A stretch of 64,000 bases of DNA, taken from positions 32,001 to 96,000 of IMG/VR virus record IMGVR_UViG_3300042893_001581, one strand, 5' to 3'. The position numbers and the translations under genes are program-made. Positions 9,302 to 19,453 of this stretch are shown one piece after another. Under the pieces are notes generated by a model that was given only the letters and a program-made list of their open reading frames with translations, was not told the DNA's origin and searched no databases. Every line of letters begins with the position of its first letter. Positions within the stretch are counted from its first letter, which is position 1. The DNA comes from a virus.

Positions 9302-10227
9302 ATTAGTTGTATTTTTTTGAGAAGCAGGTCTCCGAAAGACATTGGCTTCGCAGTGTGTAATAACTTGGTCATATTATTAAAACCAAGGTCAGAAGGATCT
9401 TTACCTTCTAATTCTATTAAATAAACTTCTTTACCAAGATTAAGAAGATTTTGTGAATAATTGAGAGCTTCTTTAAGAGCATCTTTATCTAATGCTAAAT
9501 ATACTGTTTTTACTTCAGATTCTACTAATTTCATCATGAGTGACTGAGGTATAGTCTTTCCAAATAATGGAATAGCATTACGTTTAATTGCAATGGCATC
9601 AAAAATACCTTCACATAATATAATAGGAATAGACCAATTAACAAAGTACTCTAGGCCTATAAGTTCTGTTTTATTACAACTTGGAGCATCATATTTACGA
9701 GCAGGATCTGGTTCAAATGATCTGGCTATAAAATAGTTTATATTGCCATTTTTGTCATAAGACGGCACTATGATTCTATTTCTATATCTACCCGTCTTAC
9801 AATACCCAATATTGTACTTTTGTATGTCTTGAATAGAAATGTTTCTTTTCTTTAGATAAGTCAAAGCATGTCTACACTCAAGAGATTTATCTGGGTTATA
9901 TAACGAAAGAAACTCTTCTGGCAGGGTTACCTTATTTGATTTAGTAGTATCAATCTTAGTATTATCTCCTTGAAAGTAATTCTTCATCTCAAGAATCTTT
10001 TCAGTAGGAGCGTCTACTTTTTTTAATAGCGATACCGGTGTTTTACCTTTAGTAGCAGGATGACAAGTCCAACAATTATATTGTCCAGACTTAATATTCA
10101 CTATCAACTTAGGATTATGATGCTTACAAACTGGGCAATAGAATGCATAATCCATAGTGGTTTTAGAACCTTTTCCTTTGCCAAGAACTGTTTCTAATAA
10201 TCCTAATACGAGTAACTCTTTGTCCAT
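9298..10227 (-). CDS. DNA primase (DnaG-type)
   Basis: Zn ribbon CPVC..CWTC; RIIVP; TOPRIM EGIFD..LDKDA; KDP. Confidence 0.9.
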   Translation of the reverse strand: MDKELLVLGLLETVLGKGKGSKTTMDYAFYCPVCKHHNPKLIVNIKSGQYNCWTCHPATKGKTPVSLLKKVDAPTEKILEMKNYFQGDNTKIDTTKSNKVTLPEEFLSLYNPDKSLECRHALTYLKKRNISIQDIQKYNIGYCKTGRYRNRIIVPSYDKNGNINYFIARSFEPDPARKYDAPSCNKTELIGLEYFVNWSIPIILCEGIFDAIAIKRNAIPLFGKTIPQSLMMKLVESEVKTVYLALDKDALKEALNYSQNLLNLGKEVYLIELEGKDPSDLGFNNMTKLLHTAKPMSFGDLLLKKIQLI

Positions 10228-10229
10228 TT

Positions 10230-10312
10230 ATCAAATATAAGACAAAAAAATGACATAAAAAAATATTTATTAAAAAAAATTTTTCTGTTTCAAATATTTG
10301 TTGTATATTAGT
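10230..10312. promoter_or_regulatory. Divergent promoter region
   Basis: AAATATAAGACAAAAAAATGACATAAAAAAAT matches the promoter core of the five repeated cassettes (minus strand); a TATATTAG element points rightwards. Confidence 0.45.
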
Positions 10313-10319
10313 AAAACTA

Positions 10320-10520
10320 ATGTCGTATACTCAGGCTCTATGCCATAGCTTGGTTAAATTCCATGAGTGAGTTTTAGAATGAGTAAGCTATACGACTACC
10401 AGGAGTAAAGACTAATATATGCTTCAGGTATACAAAAATAATTGGTAGTGAAAGCCTAAAATAATATCGGCCATATCCGACGGTTTAGTCCGCTAAAGGG
10501 TTTTAGATATAAGCTACAGA
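10320..10520 (+). ncRNA. Putative structured RNA or structured DNA element
   Basis: No convincing ORF. Nested helices: GTCGTATA 10322-10329 with TATACGAC 10389-10396; TACCA/TGGTA; CTAAAA/TTTTAG enclosing TCGG..CCGA and CGG..CCG hairpins. Confidence 0.35.
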
Positions 10521-10578
10521 TGAAAAACAAAGTCAATTACACTCTAAAAAAAGGATAAATACCTTTAAACTAGCTATT

Positions 10579-10746
10579 ATGCAAGCAGAAGATTTTCAAA
10601 TAGATGGAGATAAATTAACAGAAGAGCAATTAGATGCACTATATATTTATTTATCAATGACATTTGATACTATGAAAGATGAAGAAAAAAGCATGTGGTA
10701 TGAAATTATGCAAAAAATAGATAAAGAATTTTATGAACAAGATTAA
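10579..10746 (+). CDS. Small acidic hypothetical protein (55 aa)
   Basis: MQAEDFQIDGDKLTEEQLDALYIYLS...; below the ORF-track cutoff; overlaps the next gene start. Confidence 0.6.
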   Translation: MQAEDFQIDGDKLTEEQLDALYIYLSMTFDTMKDEEKSMWYEIMQKIDKEFYEQD

Positions 10747-11053
10747 ATTATTAATATTAGAAGGTTGTAGTAAGTGCCAAAAATTAAAACAGGAATTAAA
10801 TAATAACTATATTGATTACGAATATGAAGTTTGTAAATCGGATACGGAAATTTGTGATTCTATTGAAGATTTAACAGGCTGTTCTAACTATCCTATAGTA
10901 TTAAAAATGTTAAATGCTTCTATTATAGAAGAGATAATCTATGTAGCAAATACATATGAAGATATAAGTAAAAAAATTATTTTTAATAATAAAGTTAAAG
11001 GCAAAGCATTTCACTCTATAGATCAATTGATAGAGTACACAATAAAGTTGTAA
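10733..11053 (+). CDS. Glutaredoxin/thioredoxin-like protein
   Basis: CSKC near the N-terminus; cis-Pro motif NYP. Confidence 0.7.
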   Translation: MNKIKLLILEGCSKCQKLKQELNNNYIDYEYEVCKSDTEICDSIEDLTGCSNYPIVLKMLNASIIEEIIYVANTYEDISKKIIFNNKVKGKAFHSIDQLIEYTIKL

Positions 11054-11062
11054 ATTTATAGT

Positions 11063-11239
11063 ATGAAATACAAACAATTAATATTAAGGAAAATATTCGA
11101 ATTAAACAATTTAATAAATTCCCAAAGAGCTTTAGTATCCACTTCTAGACCTCAAGATGAAATCAATTCTCATTTAGATAAAATAAAATATAAAATAGAA
11201 GAAATTGAAGTCTTGATAAATAGTGAAAATGAATTCTAA
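11063..11239 (+). CDS. Small coiled-coil protein (58 aa)
   Basis: MKYKQLILRKIFELNN...ENEF; fills the gap in the operon. Confidence 0.6.
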   Translation: MKYKQLILRKIFELNNLINSQRALVSTSRPQDEINSHLDKIKYKIEEIEVLINSENEF

Positions 11240-11251
11240 ATAAAATAAGTT

Positions 11252-11881
11252 ATGAAAAAGTTAAGCATTGAACAAATGGCTGATAATTTAGCCAAGTTTT
11301 ATTCTTTAATTGATAAATATATTTCTGGTCCTAGGAAAGATAAGCTTCTTGAAATGTATAAAGATATTGAAGAGACTTTAGCTACTTCTCCTGCCTCTAC
11401 TAAAATAAGTCATCACAATGCATTTGCTGGTGGTTATTTAGATCATGTTAACAGAGTTACTGAGGCAGCTTTGGTATTTGAAAAGGTTTGGGATAAGTTT
11501 GGCCAGAGTAAAAATTATACAACAGAAGAGTTAGCTTTCTCAGCACTTAATCACGATCTTGGTAAACTAGGTACAAATGATGAACCAGTTTATATTCCTA
11601 ACCAATCACAATGGCACAGGGAAAATCAAGGTCTTATGTTCAATTACAACCCTGCTATACCTCATATGAGAATTGCAGAAAGAAGTTTATTCGTACTTCA
11701 GAAGTATGGTATTCAGGTTTCAGAAAACGAGTTCTTAGCTATCAGACTCCATGATGGTTTGTATGAAGAAGCAAATAAGCAGTATTATATTACCTACAAT
11801 AAAGATACAGAATTGAGGTCTAATATAGCTTATATATTGCATCAAGCAGATTTGATGGCTAGTAAAATTGAATCAAATTAA
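11252..11881 (+). CDS. HD-domain phosphohydrolase
   Basis: HH..GG..DH, HDLGK, HDG, HQAD. Confidence 0.85.
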   Translation: MKKLSIEQMADNLAKFYSLIDKYISGPRKDKLLEMYKDIEETLATSPASTKISHHNAFAGGYLDHVNRVTEAALVFEKVWDKFGQSKNYTTEELAFSALNHDLGKLGTNDEPVYIPNQSQWHRENQGLMFNYNPAIPHMRIAERSLFVLQKYGIQVSENEFLAIRLHDGLYEEANKQYYITYNKDTELRSNIAYILHQADLMASKIESN

Positions 11882-11893
11882 AATTAATATATT

Positions 11894-12166
11894 ATGACAA
11901 CAGGAATTATAGCCATTATAGTTTGGATTTTATCCATTATAGGATACGTAGTTTGGAATTTATTTCAAAAAAATAGAAAGTTAGAATCTATGGTTGTTAG
12001 ACAACAAGTGTTTATTGGCAATATTAAAGAGTGTATGAAAGAGATAAATACTTGTGCCAATGAAATTGATTCTAAATTATGGATTCAATCTGATCCTGAG
12101 TTTTTAAGTCTTATGGAAAATGTTAAACAGATGCAGACTAGAATTAACGAATTTATAGAAGAATAA
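11894..12166 (+). CDS. Membrane-anchored coiled-coil protein
   Basis: N-terminal hydrophobic helix followed by a coiled coil. Confidence 0.6.
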   Translation: MTTGIIAIIVWILSIIGYVVWNLFQKNRKLESMVVRQQVFIGNIKECMKEINTCANEIDSKLWIQSDPEFLSLMENVKQMQTRINEFIEE

Positions 12167-12167
12167 T

Positions 12168-12920
12168 ATGAGTGATATACTATTGAATGAGGAAGAGGTG
12201 TTACTAACTAAGAAAGGAGATCCTAGAAAAAGAAAGCCAAAAACAAAAAATAATTACTTTACTTCTGAAACGGAAGAGGCTATTCTAAGGTATAGGTCTA
12301 CAAAAAATCAAGACGAAAGAAATAGGATTTACAATCAAGACATTCACTACGGGTTTTATAAACTAGTAGAGAATATCATTCATACATTTAAGTTCTATTA
12401 TACTGAGGTCGATAATATAGAAGATCTTAAGTATGAAGTAATATCATTTCTTTTGCAAAAATTAGACCTTTACGATCAGTCTAAAGGTAAGGCATTTTCT
12501 TATTTTGGTACAATTGCCAAAAGGTATTTGATTATATATAACCAAAAGAATTACAAGAAACTTGTAGCAAAATCAGAGATTGGCGAACAAAGTGATGACA
12601 ACGCCCTTCTAAATAGCATCCTTGTTAAAGAACCAGAACCAGAGCTAGATAAGCTAGACGTGGTCGAGCTTTTTATCAAATATGTAGATGACAATTTATT
12701 AGAGCTATTTGACAAAACAGAGGAGCTAAAGGTCGCTGATGCTATCCTAGAGATATTCAAGAAAAGGGAAAATATAGACATTTTTAATAAAAAGGCTGTT
12801 TTTATCTATGTTAAAGAGATGGCAGACACTCAGTCAAATACCATTACAAAGGTAATTAAAAAGCTAAAAACTATCTACAAAACTATCCTTAATCAGTATC
12901 TTGAAAACAATGACTATTAA
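12168..12920 (+). CDS. Late-transcription sigma factor (T4 gp55-like)
   Basis: NNYFT and KGKAFSYFGTIAKRYL (sigma region 2); lies just upstream of the structural module. Confidence 0.7.
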   Translation: MSDILLNEEEVLLTKKGDPRKRKPKTKNNYFTSETEEAILRYRSTKNQDERNRIYNQDIHYGFYKLVENIIHTFKFYYTEVDNIEDLKYEVISFLLQKLDLYDQSKGKAFSYFGTIAKRYLIIYNQKNYKKLVAKSEIGEQSDDNALLNSILVKEPEPELDKLDVVELFIKYVDDNLLELFDKTEELKVADAILEIFKKRENIDIFNKKAVFIYVKEMADTQSNTITKVIKKLKTIYKTILNQYLENNDY

Positions 12921-12938
12921 TATTTATTCTAAAAAGTC

Positions 12939-13301
12939 ATGGAACTTGATAAGGAAATATTCAAAGGGAAAACTATTGCCAATCTTGTAGAAGAGGTATA
13001 CGATAAGCAGAAAAATCAAGATTCTACAATCAAACATGAGATCATGAGGCTTGCCGATATGATTGAAACTCCTGGTGATGCTATTGTAGTTGTACCTTTA
13101 CTTAAAGGATTTATAGACTCTAGTTTAAAGAATGACGAGGTTCTTCTTAAACTACTTAATCTTTTCCAAAAAGCTGCTGAAAGTAAAAAGGCTGGTGATG
13201 CCGATGATTCTGGCGTTCTTACTGAAAAGGATATTGAACAGCTATTTTCTGAGGTTTCTAATATTGTAATTAAAGACCCTAAACAACTACCTAGCGTATA
13301 A
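12939..13301 (+). CDS. Hypothetical late protein
   Basis: Helical ORF preceded by ATATTTAT at 12920-12927. Confidence 0.6.
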   Translation: MELDKEIFKGKTIANLVEEVYDKQKNQDSTIKHEIMRLADMIETPGDAIVVVPLLKGFIDSSLKNDEVLLKLLNLFQKAAESKKAGDADDSGVLTEKDIEQLFSEVSNIVIKDPKQLPSV

Positions 13302-14266
13302 TGGCATATACATTTGGACCAAAATTTGATTCTGATTTAGGATTTTCAAAAGGGCAATACTTCCAAATTGGAAGGGTTAAGTCTGTTGTATTAGGGCCAA
13401 ACACACCCGCAGGTAAAAAAGATCTTAATTATAAATCTCCATCTGATATAGGAGCTATAAAATTTGAATTACTATATTCTCCTTATTCAACTTCAAAATC
13501 AAAAGAAGTATCTGAACCAGCACATCCAATATGGTATTTTATTAAACAGATTCCCTTAGTAAACGAAATAGTTTTAATTATTGTTGGCCCTTCTATAAAA
13601 TTAAATGATGGTGCAACAAAACAACAGTATTATTATATGCCAGCTTATGGTATGTGGAAAAATCCAAACCATAATGCATTTCCAAATATGCAAGAATGGG
13701 CAGAATATCTAAATAGTTCTGCTAATAAGCCAGGATATTCAGGTAATGCTACTAAAAGTAAACCACTTCCTTTAGGATATACTTTTGAAGAAAATCCAGA
13801 AATAAAAGATCTACAACCTTTTGAAGGAGACACCATTATTCAAGCTAGGTTTGGTCAATCTATTAGATTTGGAAGTACAGTTTCTGTATTAAGTAATGAA
13901 AATACTTGGTCAAAAAATTCACCCACTTTAGCAAAACTTAATGAAACTACAGAGATTTCAAAAAAAACAAAAAATGGAGATCCAATAACTATTATAACAA
14001 ATAGACAAGGAGATAGAGTTGTTAGAAATAAATTTGATTCTATAGTTGAAGATATAAATAAAGATGGATCCTCAATATATTTAACAAGTACTCAAGAAAT
14101 AAATATACCAGATCTAATAAACTTTCCATTAAAATCATTTGTAGTTAGAAGAAACTTAACAGACAATAGAAACCCTATTGTAGATTCAACTTTAAAAATA
14201 AATACTAAACCAGTATCTAATCAATTTACATCAGCTGTAGATCAAGATAAAAAATCTAACGGATAA
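13301..14266 (+). CDS. Baseplate hub/spike protein, gp5-like N-terminal OB-fold
   Basis: GRVKSV..IKF..PLVNEIVLI; GDTIIQARFGQSIRF; neighbours gp25/gp6. Confidence 0.55.
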   Translation: MAYTFGPKFDSDLGFSKGQYFQIGRVKSVVLGPNTPAGKKDLNYKSPSDIGAIKFELLYSPYSTSKSKEVSEPAHPIWYFIKQIPLVNEIVLIIVGPSIKLNDGATKQQYYYMPAYGMWKNPNHNAFPNMQEWAEYLNSSANKPGYSGNATKSKPLPLGYTFEENPEIKDLQPFEGDTIIQARFGQSIRFGSTVSVLSNENTWSKNSPTLAKLNETTEISKKTKNGDPITIITNRQGDRVVRNKFDSIVEDINKDGSSIYLTSTQEINIPDLINFPLKSFVVRRNLTDNRNPIVDSTLKINTKPVSNQFTSAVDQDKKSNG

Positions 14267-14715
14267 TGGCAATAACTCCAACATATAAACCAGATTTTCC
14301 ATATAAGGGTGATCAAATAATATTATCATCTGATAGAGTATTATTACATTCTAAAAATGATTCTATATTTTTATTTGGTAAACAAGCCGTATCATTATCT
14401 TCTACTAAAACTATAAACTTAGATGCTAATGATAAAGTTTTAATTTATACTAATAAAATAGAATTAGGCAATGATGCTGAAGCATTAGGTGAACCTTTAG
14501 TTTTAGGAAGGACTCTTAATACACAACTAACAATTTTACTATCAGTATTAAAAAGTGTTGGAGATCAGCTTTCAAATGTTTCTGAATCTAATCTAGGAGC
14601 CAGTATGGGAATAATTGCTGGTGCTGGCCAAGCTATTTCTCAAGAAGCAGAAAGACTTAGAGGTTTTTTAGTTGGTGAATCACAAATATTATCTAAAAGA
14701 ACATATACTAGATAA
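14266..14715 (+). CDS. Baseplate spike beta-helix-like protein
   Basis: QIILSSDRVLL..IELG..EPLVLG beta-strand repeats. Confidence 0.5.
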   Translation: MAITPTYKPDFPYKGDQIILSSDRVLLHSKNDSIFLFGKQAVSLSSTKTINLDANDKVLIYTNKIELGNDAEALGEPLVLGRTLNTQLTILLSVLKSVGDQLSNVSESNLGASMGIIAGAGQAISQEAERLRGFLVGESQILSKRTYTR

Positions 14716-14716
14716 T

Positions 14717-16714
14717 ATGATACCTCCTATAAATCCTACAGCTATTGCTAGTTTTAATAATGCCTCCGCTGATCAAAAAGCAAAATGGCAAAAAGGATTT
14801 GTAAATTTTGGAGATCCTAAATTAAATACCAATACAACAACTGCAAAAGGATTAGAAAAAGTAATAGCTGTAATTTATAAGTTTATAATAAAAGCGCAAG
14901 GATCTGTTTTAGGTATTATATATGGTAAATTTCAAAGACAAAATAGTAGTAATCCTATAACTAGAGCAATTGATAGAGGTATTACTAACATATTACAAGA
15001 TGTAGCAGAAGTTGATATGTGTAACTTATTAAGTTATGCAATAAATGAAATACCAGGTGGTAAACAATTTAATCCTAATGAACAGCCTCCATCAGATAAT
15101 CCTTTTGCTCTATCTAAATGGAGACTTCAAAAAGCTGCATATGATGTACAGAAAAAAATAGACGATTACTATACTAGTTATGGAGATGCAAAAAATCCAG
15201 ATAGTAAATTTGGATTATATAATTTAACTAAGGATATAACAGAAATATTTAATCTTACTAATAATCCTAACTTTCCTATAAGCAATCCAGAATTAAATAA
15301 AGCCTTTCCGTCTCTTTCTGTTGCTTCAAATTTTTTAACTAATGCTTTAAGTTTATTTAATAGATATACTGATCTTAGACAAATTCCAAATGAGGAATTA
15401 CAAAAAATAATAAGAACAATAGATCAAATTAGAGTTTATACAATAGCTATACAGGGATTAAATACACCAGCTTCTTTTGTTAATCTTGCTGATTCTATAT
15501 TAGGAGGAGACGTTCAAAAACAAATAGAAAAAATAAATAAAATTATAACTCCTACAAAATTAATACCTTTATTAAAACAGATATTAAAAGCGGCTAATAA
15601 TTTAAATTCTTTAGGAACTAAACTTCTATCTTATATAGTTACTTCTCAAGCAATAATAAAAATAGCTATTATATTAATTAGAGTCTATGATTTTTTAGTT
15701 GCGTTTTTTATAGCACTTGGAATACCAGCTTTTTTCCTGCCGTCTGGTGTTCAAACAGGATTTAGTTTTAGTGTAATAGAAATTTTTGAAGAAAGAGGTA
15801 AAAAGAAATTAGTAAAAAGATTAGGACAAATAAACATATTATTAGGAGCTATAGCAGGATTAGTTCAAACAATGATAATAGGAATCTATGATATTATACA
15901 AAAATTAAATTTAATATTACTAAATTTAGAAAATTGTGTAAATGCTCCATCTGATTTAAAAGCAGAAATTCAAACAACTATAGATAATTTATCTAGTACT
16001 GTAAATGGACTTCAAGACTTTTTAGATAAATATAATAATGCACAAGATAGAATAAATAGAACTTTTGGTGAATATGTAATAGAAATAGTTAATGAAGAAG
16101 TAACTGATGAAGGAATAAGTATTAAAAGAAGATATGGAATAGCAAGAGATACTAATGGATATATAGTAGCTCAATCTACCCCAACTTTTGCTTCTTTAGA
16201 TTTAATTATAATTAATGAAGTAAAATTAATATTATCTTCAAAGGGACTAGTTAAAACTGGACTAGATTCACTATCTCCTGAAGATACAGTAACTATTTCT
16301 GAATCTTTAAAGTACTTGGATGAACAAGATCTTTCACTTGATTCAATAGAATTGTCTACAGTTGATTTAAATAATTTAGAAGAAAATGAACAGGAATTAG
16401 GACTTCAATCATTTATAAATAATCTACCAGGAGGCAAAGCTTTAAGAAAAAGGATGAGAAAGATTTTAATTAAACAAAACCAATCCCTTACTAGTAACTT
16501 AAAAAGCACAGATCCTTCTAGTAAATATACAAATAATATAGTAAAACAAAAAGAAAAGGAAACTACTAAATTAAAAATAGAGGAGTTAGAAGATGAAAAA
16601 AGAAAGCTTAAGCTATTATTATTAACCGGAGGCCCTGCAATTCAGATTATAACACTAAATAAAATATCACAAATAGATAAAGAGATAAATAAACTTAAAA
16701 ATGGTATAAAATAA
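14717..16714 (+). CDS. Large helical hypothetical (virion-associated) protein
   Basis: Lies in the baseplate operon; likely start is the ATG at 14717. Confidence 0.55.
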   Translation: MIPPINPTAIASFNNASADQKAKWQKGFVNFGDPKLNTNTTTAKGLEKVIAVIYKFIIKAQGSVLGIIYGKFQRQNSSNPITRAIDRGITNILQDVAEVDMCNLLSYAINEIPGGKQFNPNEQPPSDNPFALSKWRLQKAAYDVQKKIDDYYTSYGDAKNPDSKFGLYNLTKDITEIFNLTNNPNFPISNPELNKAFPSLSVASNFLTNALSLFNRYTDLRQIPNEELQKIIRTIDQIRVYTIAIQGLNTPASFVNLADSILGGDVQKQIEKINKIITPTKLIPLLKQILKAANNLNSLGTKLLSYIVTSQAIIKIAIILIRVYDFLVAFFIALGIPAFFLPSGVQTGFSFSVIEIFEERGKKKLVKRLGQINILLGAIAGLVQTMIIGIYDIIQKLNLILLNLENCVNAPSDLKAEIQTTIDNLSSTVNGLQDFLDKYNNAQDRINRTFGEYVIEIVNEEVTDEGISIKRRYGIARDTNGYIVAQSTPTFASLDLIIINEVKLILSSKGLVKTGLDSLSPEDTVTISESLKYLDEQDLSLDSIELSTVDLNNLEENEQELGLQSFINNLPGGKALRKRMRKILIKQNQSLTSNLKSTDPSSKYTNNIVKQKEKETTKLKIEELEDEKRKLKLLLLTGGPAIQIITLNKISQIDKEINKLKNGIK

Positions 16715-16726
16715 TATTTATAAGAT

Positions 16727-17167
16727 ATGGGACAAGTAGATCAATTAAGAAAACTAATAAGAGAAGAGCTCAGAGCTGTTCTTAAAGAAGAACTTCCTAA
16801 ACTATTAAGTGAGGTTAAAAAAACTCCTATGGCAGACCCTAAAAAGAGCTTACAAGAACAGGTAAAATCAAAAATACCTGGTACTTTGAACACTGCTATT
16901 CCTAAACCTATTAAATTTACAGGAAACAATCCTATGGCAGCATTCTTAAATGATACTGCCCAAAATATGTTAAATGAAGACTTTAATATGACTTCAGATA
17001 ATATACACCCAGGACTAGCTTTCCAACCTAAAGAAGTTAAGGTCGGTAGTGTAGAAGGTATGTTAGGAACAGCAAGAGCGAGTTCAAACTTGGATGCTGT
17101 ACAAATAAACGAGGTTCCAGACTTTACAGGCCTTATGACAAAACTTAAAGAACAAGGACAAATATAA
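16727..17167 (+). CDS. Hypothetical late protein
   Basis: LRKLIREELRAVLKEE N-terminus; ATATTTAT 5 nt upstream. Confidence 0.6.
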   Translation: MGQVDQLRKLIREELRAVLKEELPKLLSEVKKTPMADPKKSLQEQVKSKIPGTLNTAIPKPIKFTGNNPMAAFLNDTAQNMLNEDFNMTSDNIHPGLAFQPKEVKVGSVEGMLGTARASSNLDAVQINEVPDFTGLMTKLKEQGQI

Positions 17168-17580
17168 TGGCTTACGGATTAAAACAAATATCGCCATTAG
17201 ATTTTAAGCCATCAACAGCAATTGGGGTAAAAATCCCTTTTGATGCTGAAAATGTATTTTCGTCTGTATACACTACCAAGGATCAAATAAAATATAATAT
17301 TATTAATTTTTTATTAACTGATCCTAGAGAAAGAGTTTTTAATCCTACTTTTGGGGCTGGTCTTAGAGCTAGGTTATTTGAACAAATAGATCAAGCATCT
17401 TTTGAAGAAATTAAGCAGTCTATAAGAACTCAAATGGAAAATCAATTCCCTCAAGTTCAAGTTACTACTTTAGATATTATAGGAAGTCCTGATTATAATT
17501 CAATCAATATAAAATTTAGTTATAGACTATTAAGATCAAATGAAAATGATTCGGTTGTATTGACTATACAAAACATGTAG
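17167..17580 (+). CDS. Baseplate wedge subunit, gp25-like
   Basis: NIINFLLTDPRERVFNPTFGAGL..LFE. Confidence 0.85.
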   Translation: MAYGLKQISPLDFKPSTAIGVKIPFDAENVFSSVYTTKDQIKYNIINFLLTDPRERVFNPTFGAGLRARLFEQIDQASFEEIKQSIRTQMENQFPQVQVTTLDIIGSPDYNSINIKFSYRLLRSNENDSVVLTIQNM

Positions 17581-17582
17581 AA

Positions 17583-19442
17583 ATGGCTAACCAAGTTGAC
17601 ATTAAATATTTAAACAAAGATTTTGCTTCTTTAAAAGCAGATCTAATAGAATATGCAAGAGCATACTATCCTACTGCGTACAATGACTTTACTCAGGCAT
17701 CACCTGGTAGTATGTTTATTGATATGGCTTCTTATGTAGGAGATGTGCTTTCATTTTATTTAGACAATCAACTACAAGAAACATTTTTACAATATGCTAA
17801 ACAAAAAGGTAATTTATTTACCTTAGCTTACATGTTAGGTTATAGACCTAAAATAACTTCTGCAGCTATAGTGAATCTTGATGTATATCAACAATTACCT
17901 GCGGTTAGTCTTGGTGGTAGCAATGTAGCTCCTGACTTTACTTATGCAATGACTATAGAGCAGGGAATGCAAGTTAAATCAAATGTAAATAGCTCTGTAA
18001 TATTTTATACTCCTCAAAAAGTTAATTTTGCATCATCTTCTTCTTTAGATCCGACTACAGTAGAAGTATATACAATAAATGGAAGTAATGTTCCTACATC
18101 TTATCTTCTAAAAAAGACTGTTCAAGCTTTATCAGGACAAACTAAAACTCAAACTTTTAGTTTTTCATCTCCACAAAGATTTGCAACCGTAAATATATCA
18201 GATAGTTCTATTATTACAATATTAGAAGCAAAAGATTCTGACGGTAATACTTGGTATGAAGTTCCTTACTTAGCTCAAGATTATATATTAAAGCCAGTAC
18301 AAAATACTGCAGCTAACTATCCATCATTATATCAATTCCAGAATCAGGTTCCTTATATGATACAGAAGTTATCTGTGCCTAGAAGGTTCACATCTAGATT
18401 TAGAGCTGATGGTTCTTTAGAAATAGAATTTGGTCCTGGTATCAATTCAGTTGCCGATACAGCGGTACTTCCTAATCCTAATAATGTAAGTGTTGGTTTA
18501 ACTGGTGGTGGACTTAGCACTCTATCTAGTTCATTTGATCCAACAAACTTTGTTACAACTCAAACATATGGATTAGCTCCAAAAAATACAAGTATATCAT
18601 TTCAATATTTAGTGGGTGGCGGTGCTTCTGCAAATGCTTTAAGTAATCAATTAACTCAAATTGTATCTTATACAGTAACAGGAAATACAACCTATCAAAA
18701 TACTATAGTAGTAAATAATGTAGATCCTGCTTCAGGAGGTGGCGACGGTGACACTGTAGATGAACTTAGAATGAATATTGCAGCAGAATTTCCTACTCAA
18801 TATAGAGCAGTTACTCAAGAAGATTATTTGGCGAGAACTCTTAGTATGCCTCCTCAATATGGTAAAATATCAAAGGCATATATAACTAAAGATGACGCAA
18901 CATTCAATAATTACATGCAAGGTGATTTTAGTCAAAAAGATCAAGTATTAGTTAGTCTTTATGTATTAGGTCTTGATGCTAATAATAATATAGCAGATCC
19001 TTCACCAGCGTTACTTCAAAATCTACAAACATATTTGTCAGATTATAGAATGATGACTGATGCCATTAATATTAAACCTGGTTATGTAATTAATATAGGC
19101 TGCAATTTTGAAATTATAATTAGACCTAATTACACTGGTCAAGATGTAATTGCTAGATGTATATTAACTTTACAAGACTTTTTTAATATAAATAATTGGC
19201 AAATAAATGAACCAATTATATTAGGAGACATCTATTCTTTATTAGATGTAGTTGAAGGAGTTCAAACAGTAAAAGATGTGAGGATAGTAAATAAATCTGG
19301 TGAAGCTGATGGATATTCAAAATACTCTTACGATATATCAGCAGGCTCTTTAAATGGTGTTATTTATCCTTCTTTAGATCCTTCTATATTTGAAGTAAAA
19401 TTCCCTAATACAGATATTCAAGGTCGTGTAGTAACAATGTAA
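17583..19442 (+). CDS. Baseplate wedge subunit, gp6-like
   Basis: KDF..K..L, YVGDVLSFYLD.Q.QETF, LGY.P, GGGD.D, RAVTQEDY. Confidence 0.85.
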   Translation: MANQVDIKYLNKDFASLKADLIEYARAYYPTAYNDFTQASPGSMFIDMASYVGDVLSFYLDNQLQETFLQYAKQKGNLFTLAYMLGYRPKITSAAIVNLDVYQQLPAVSLGGSNVAPDFTYAMTIEQGMQVKSNVNSSVIFYTPQKVNFASSSSLDPTTVEVYTINGSNVPTSYLLKKTVQALSGQTKTQTFSFSSPQRFATVNISDSSIITILEAKDSDGNTWYEVPYLAQDYILKPVQNTAANYPSLYQFQNQVPYMIQKLSVPRRFTSRFRADGSLEIEFGPGINSVADTAVLPNPNNVSVGLTGGGLSTLSSSFDPTNFVTTQTYGLAPKNTSISFQYLVGGGASANALSNQLTQIVSYTVTGNTTYQNTIVVNNVDPASGGGDGDTVDELRMNIAAEFPTQYRAVTQEDYLARTLSMPPQYGKISKAYITKDDATFNNYMQGDFSQKDQVLVSLYVLGLDANNNIADPSPALLQNLQTYLSDYRMMTDAINIKPGYVINIGCNFEIIIRPNYTGQDVIARCILTLQDFFNINNWQINEPIILGDIYSLLDVVEGVQTVKDVRIVNKSGEADGYSKYSYDISAGSLNGVIYPSLDPSIFEVKFPNTDIQGRVVTM

Positions 19443-19453
19443 AAAAATAAAAA

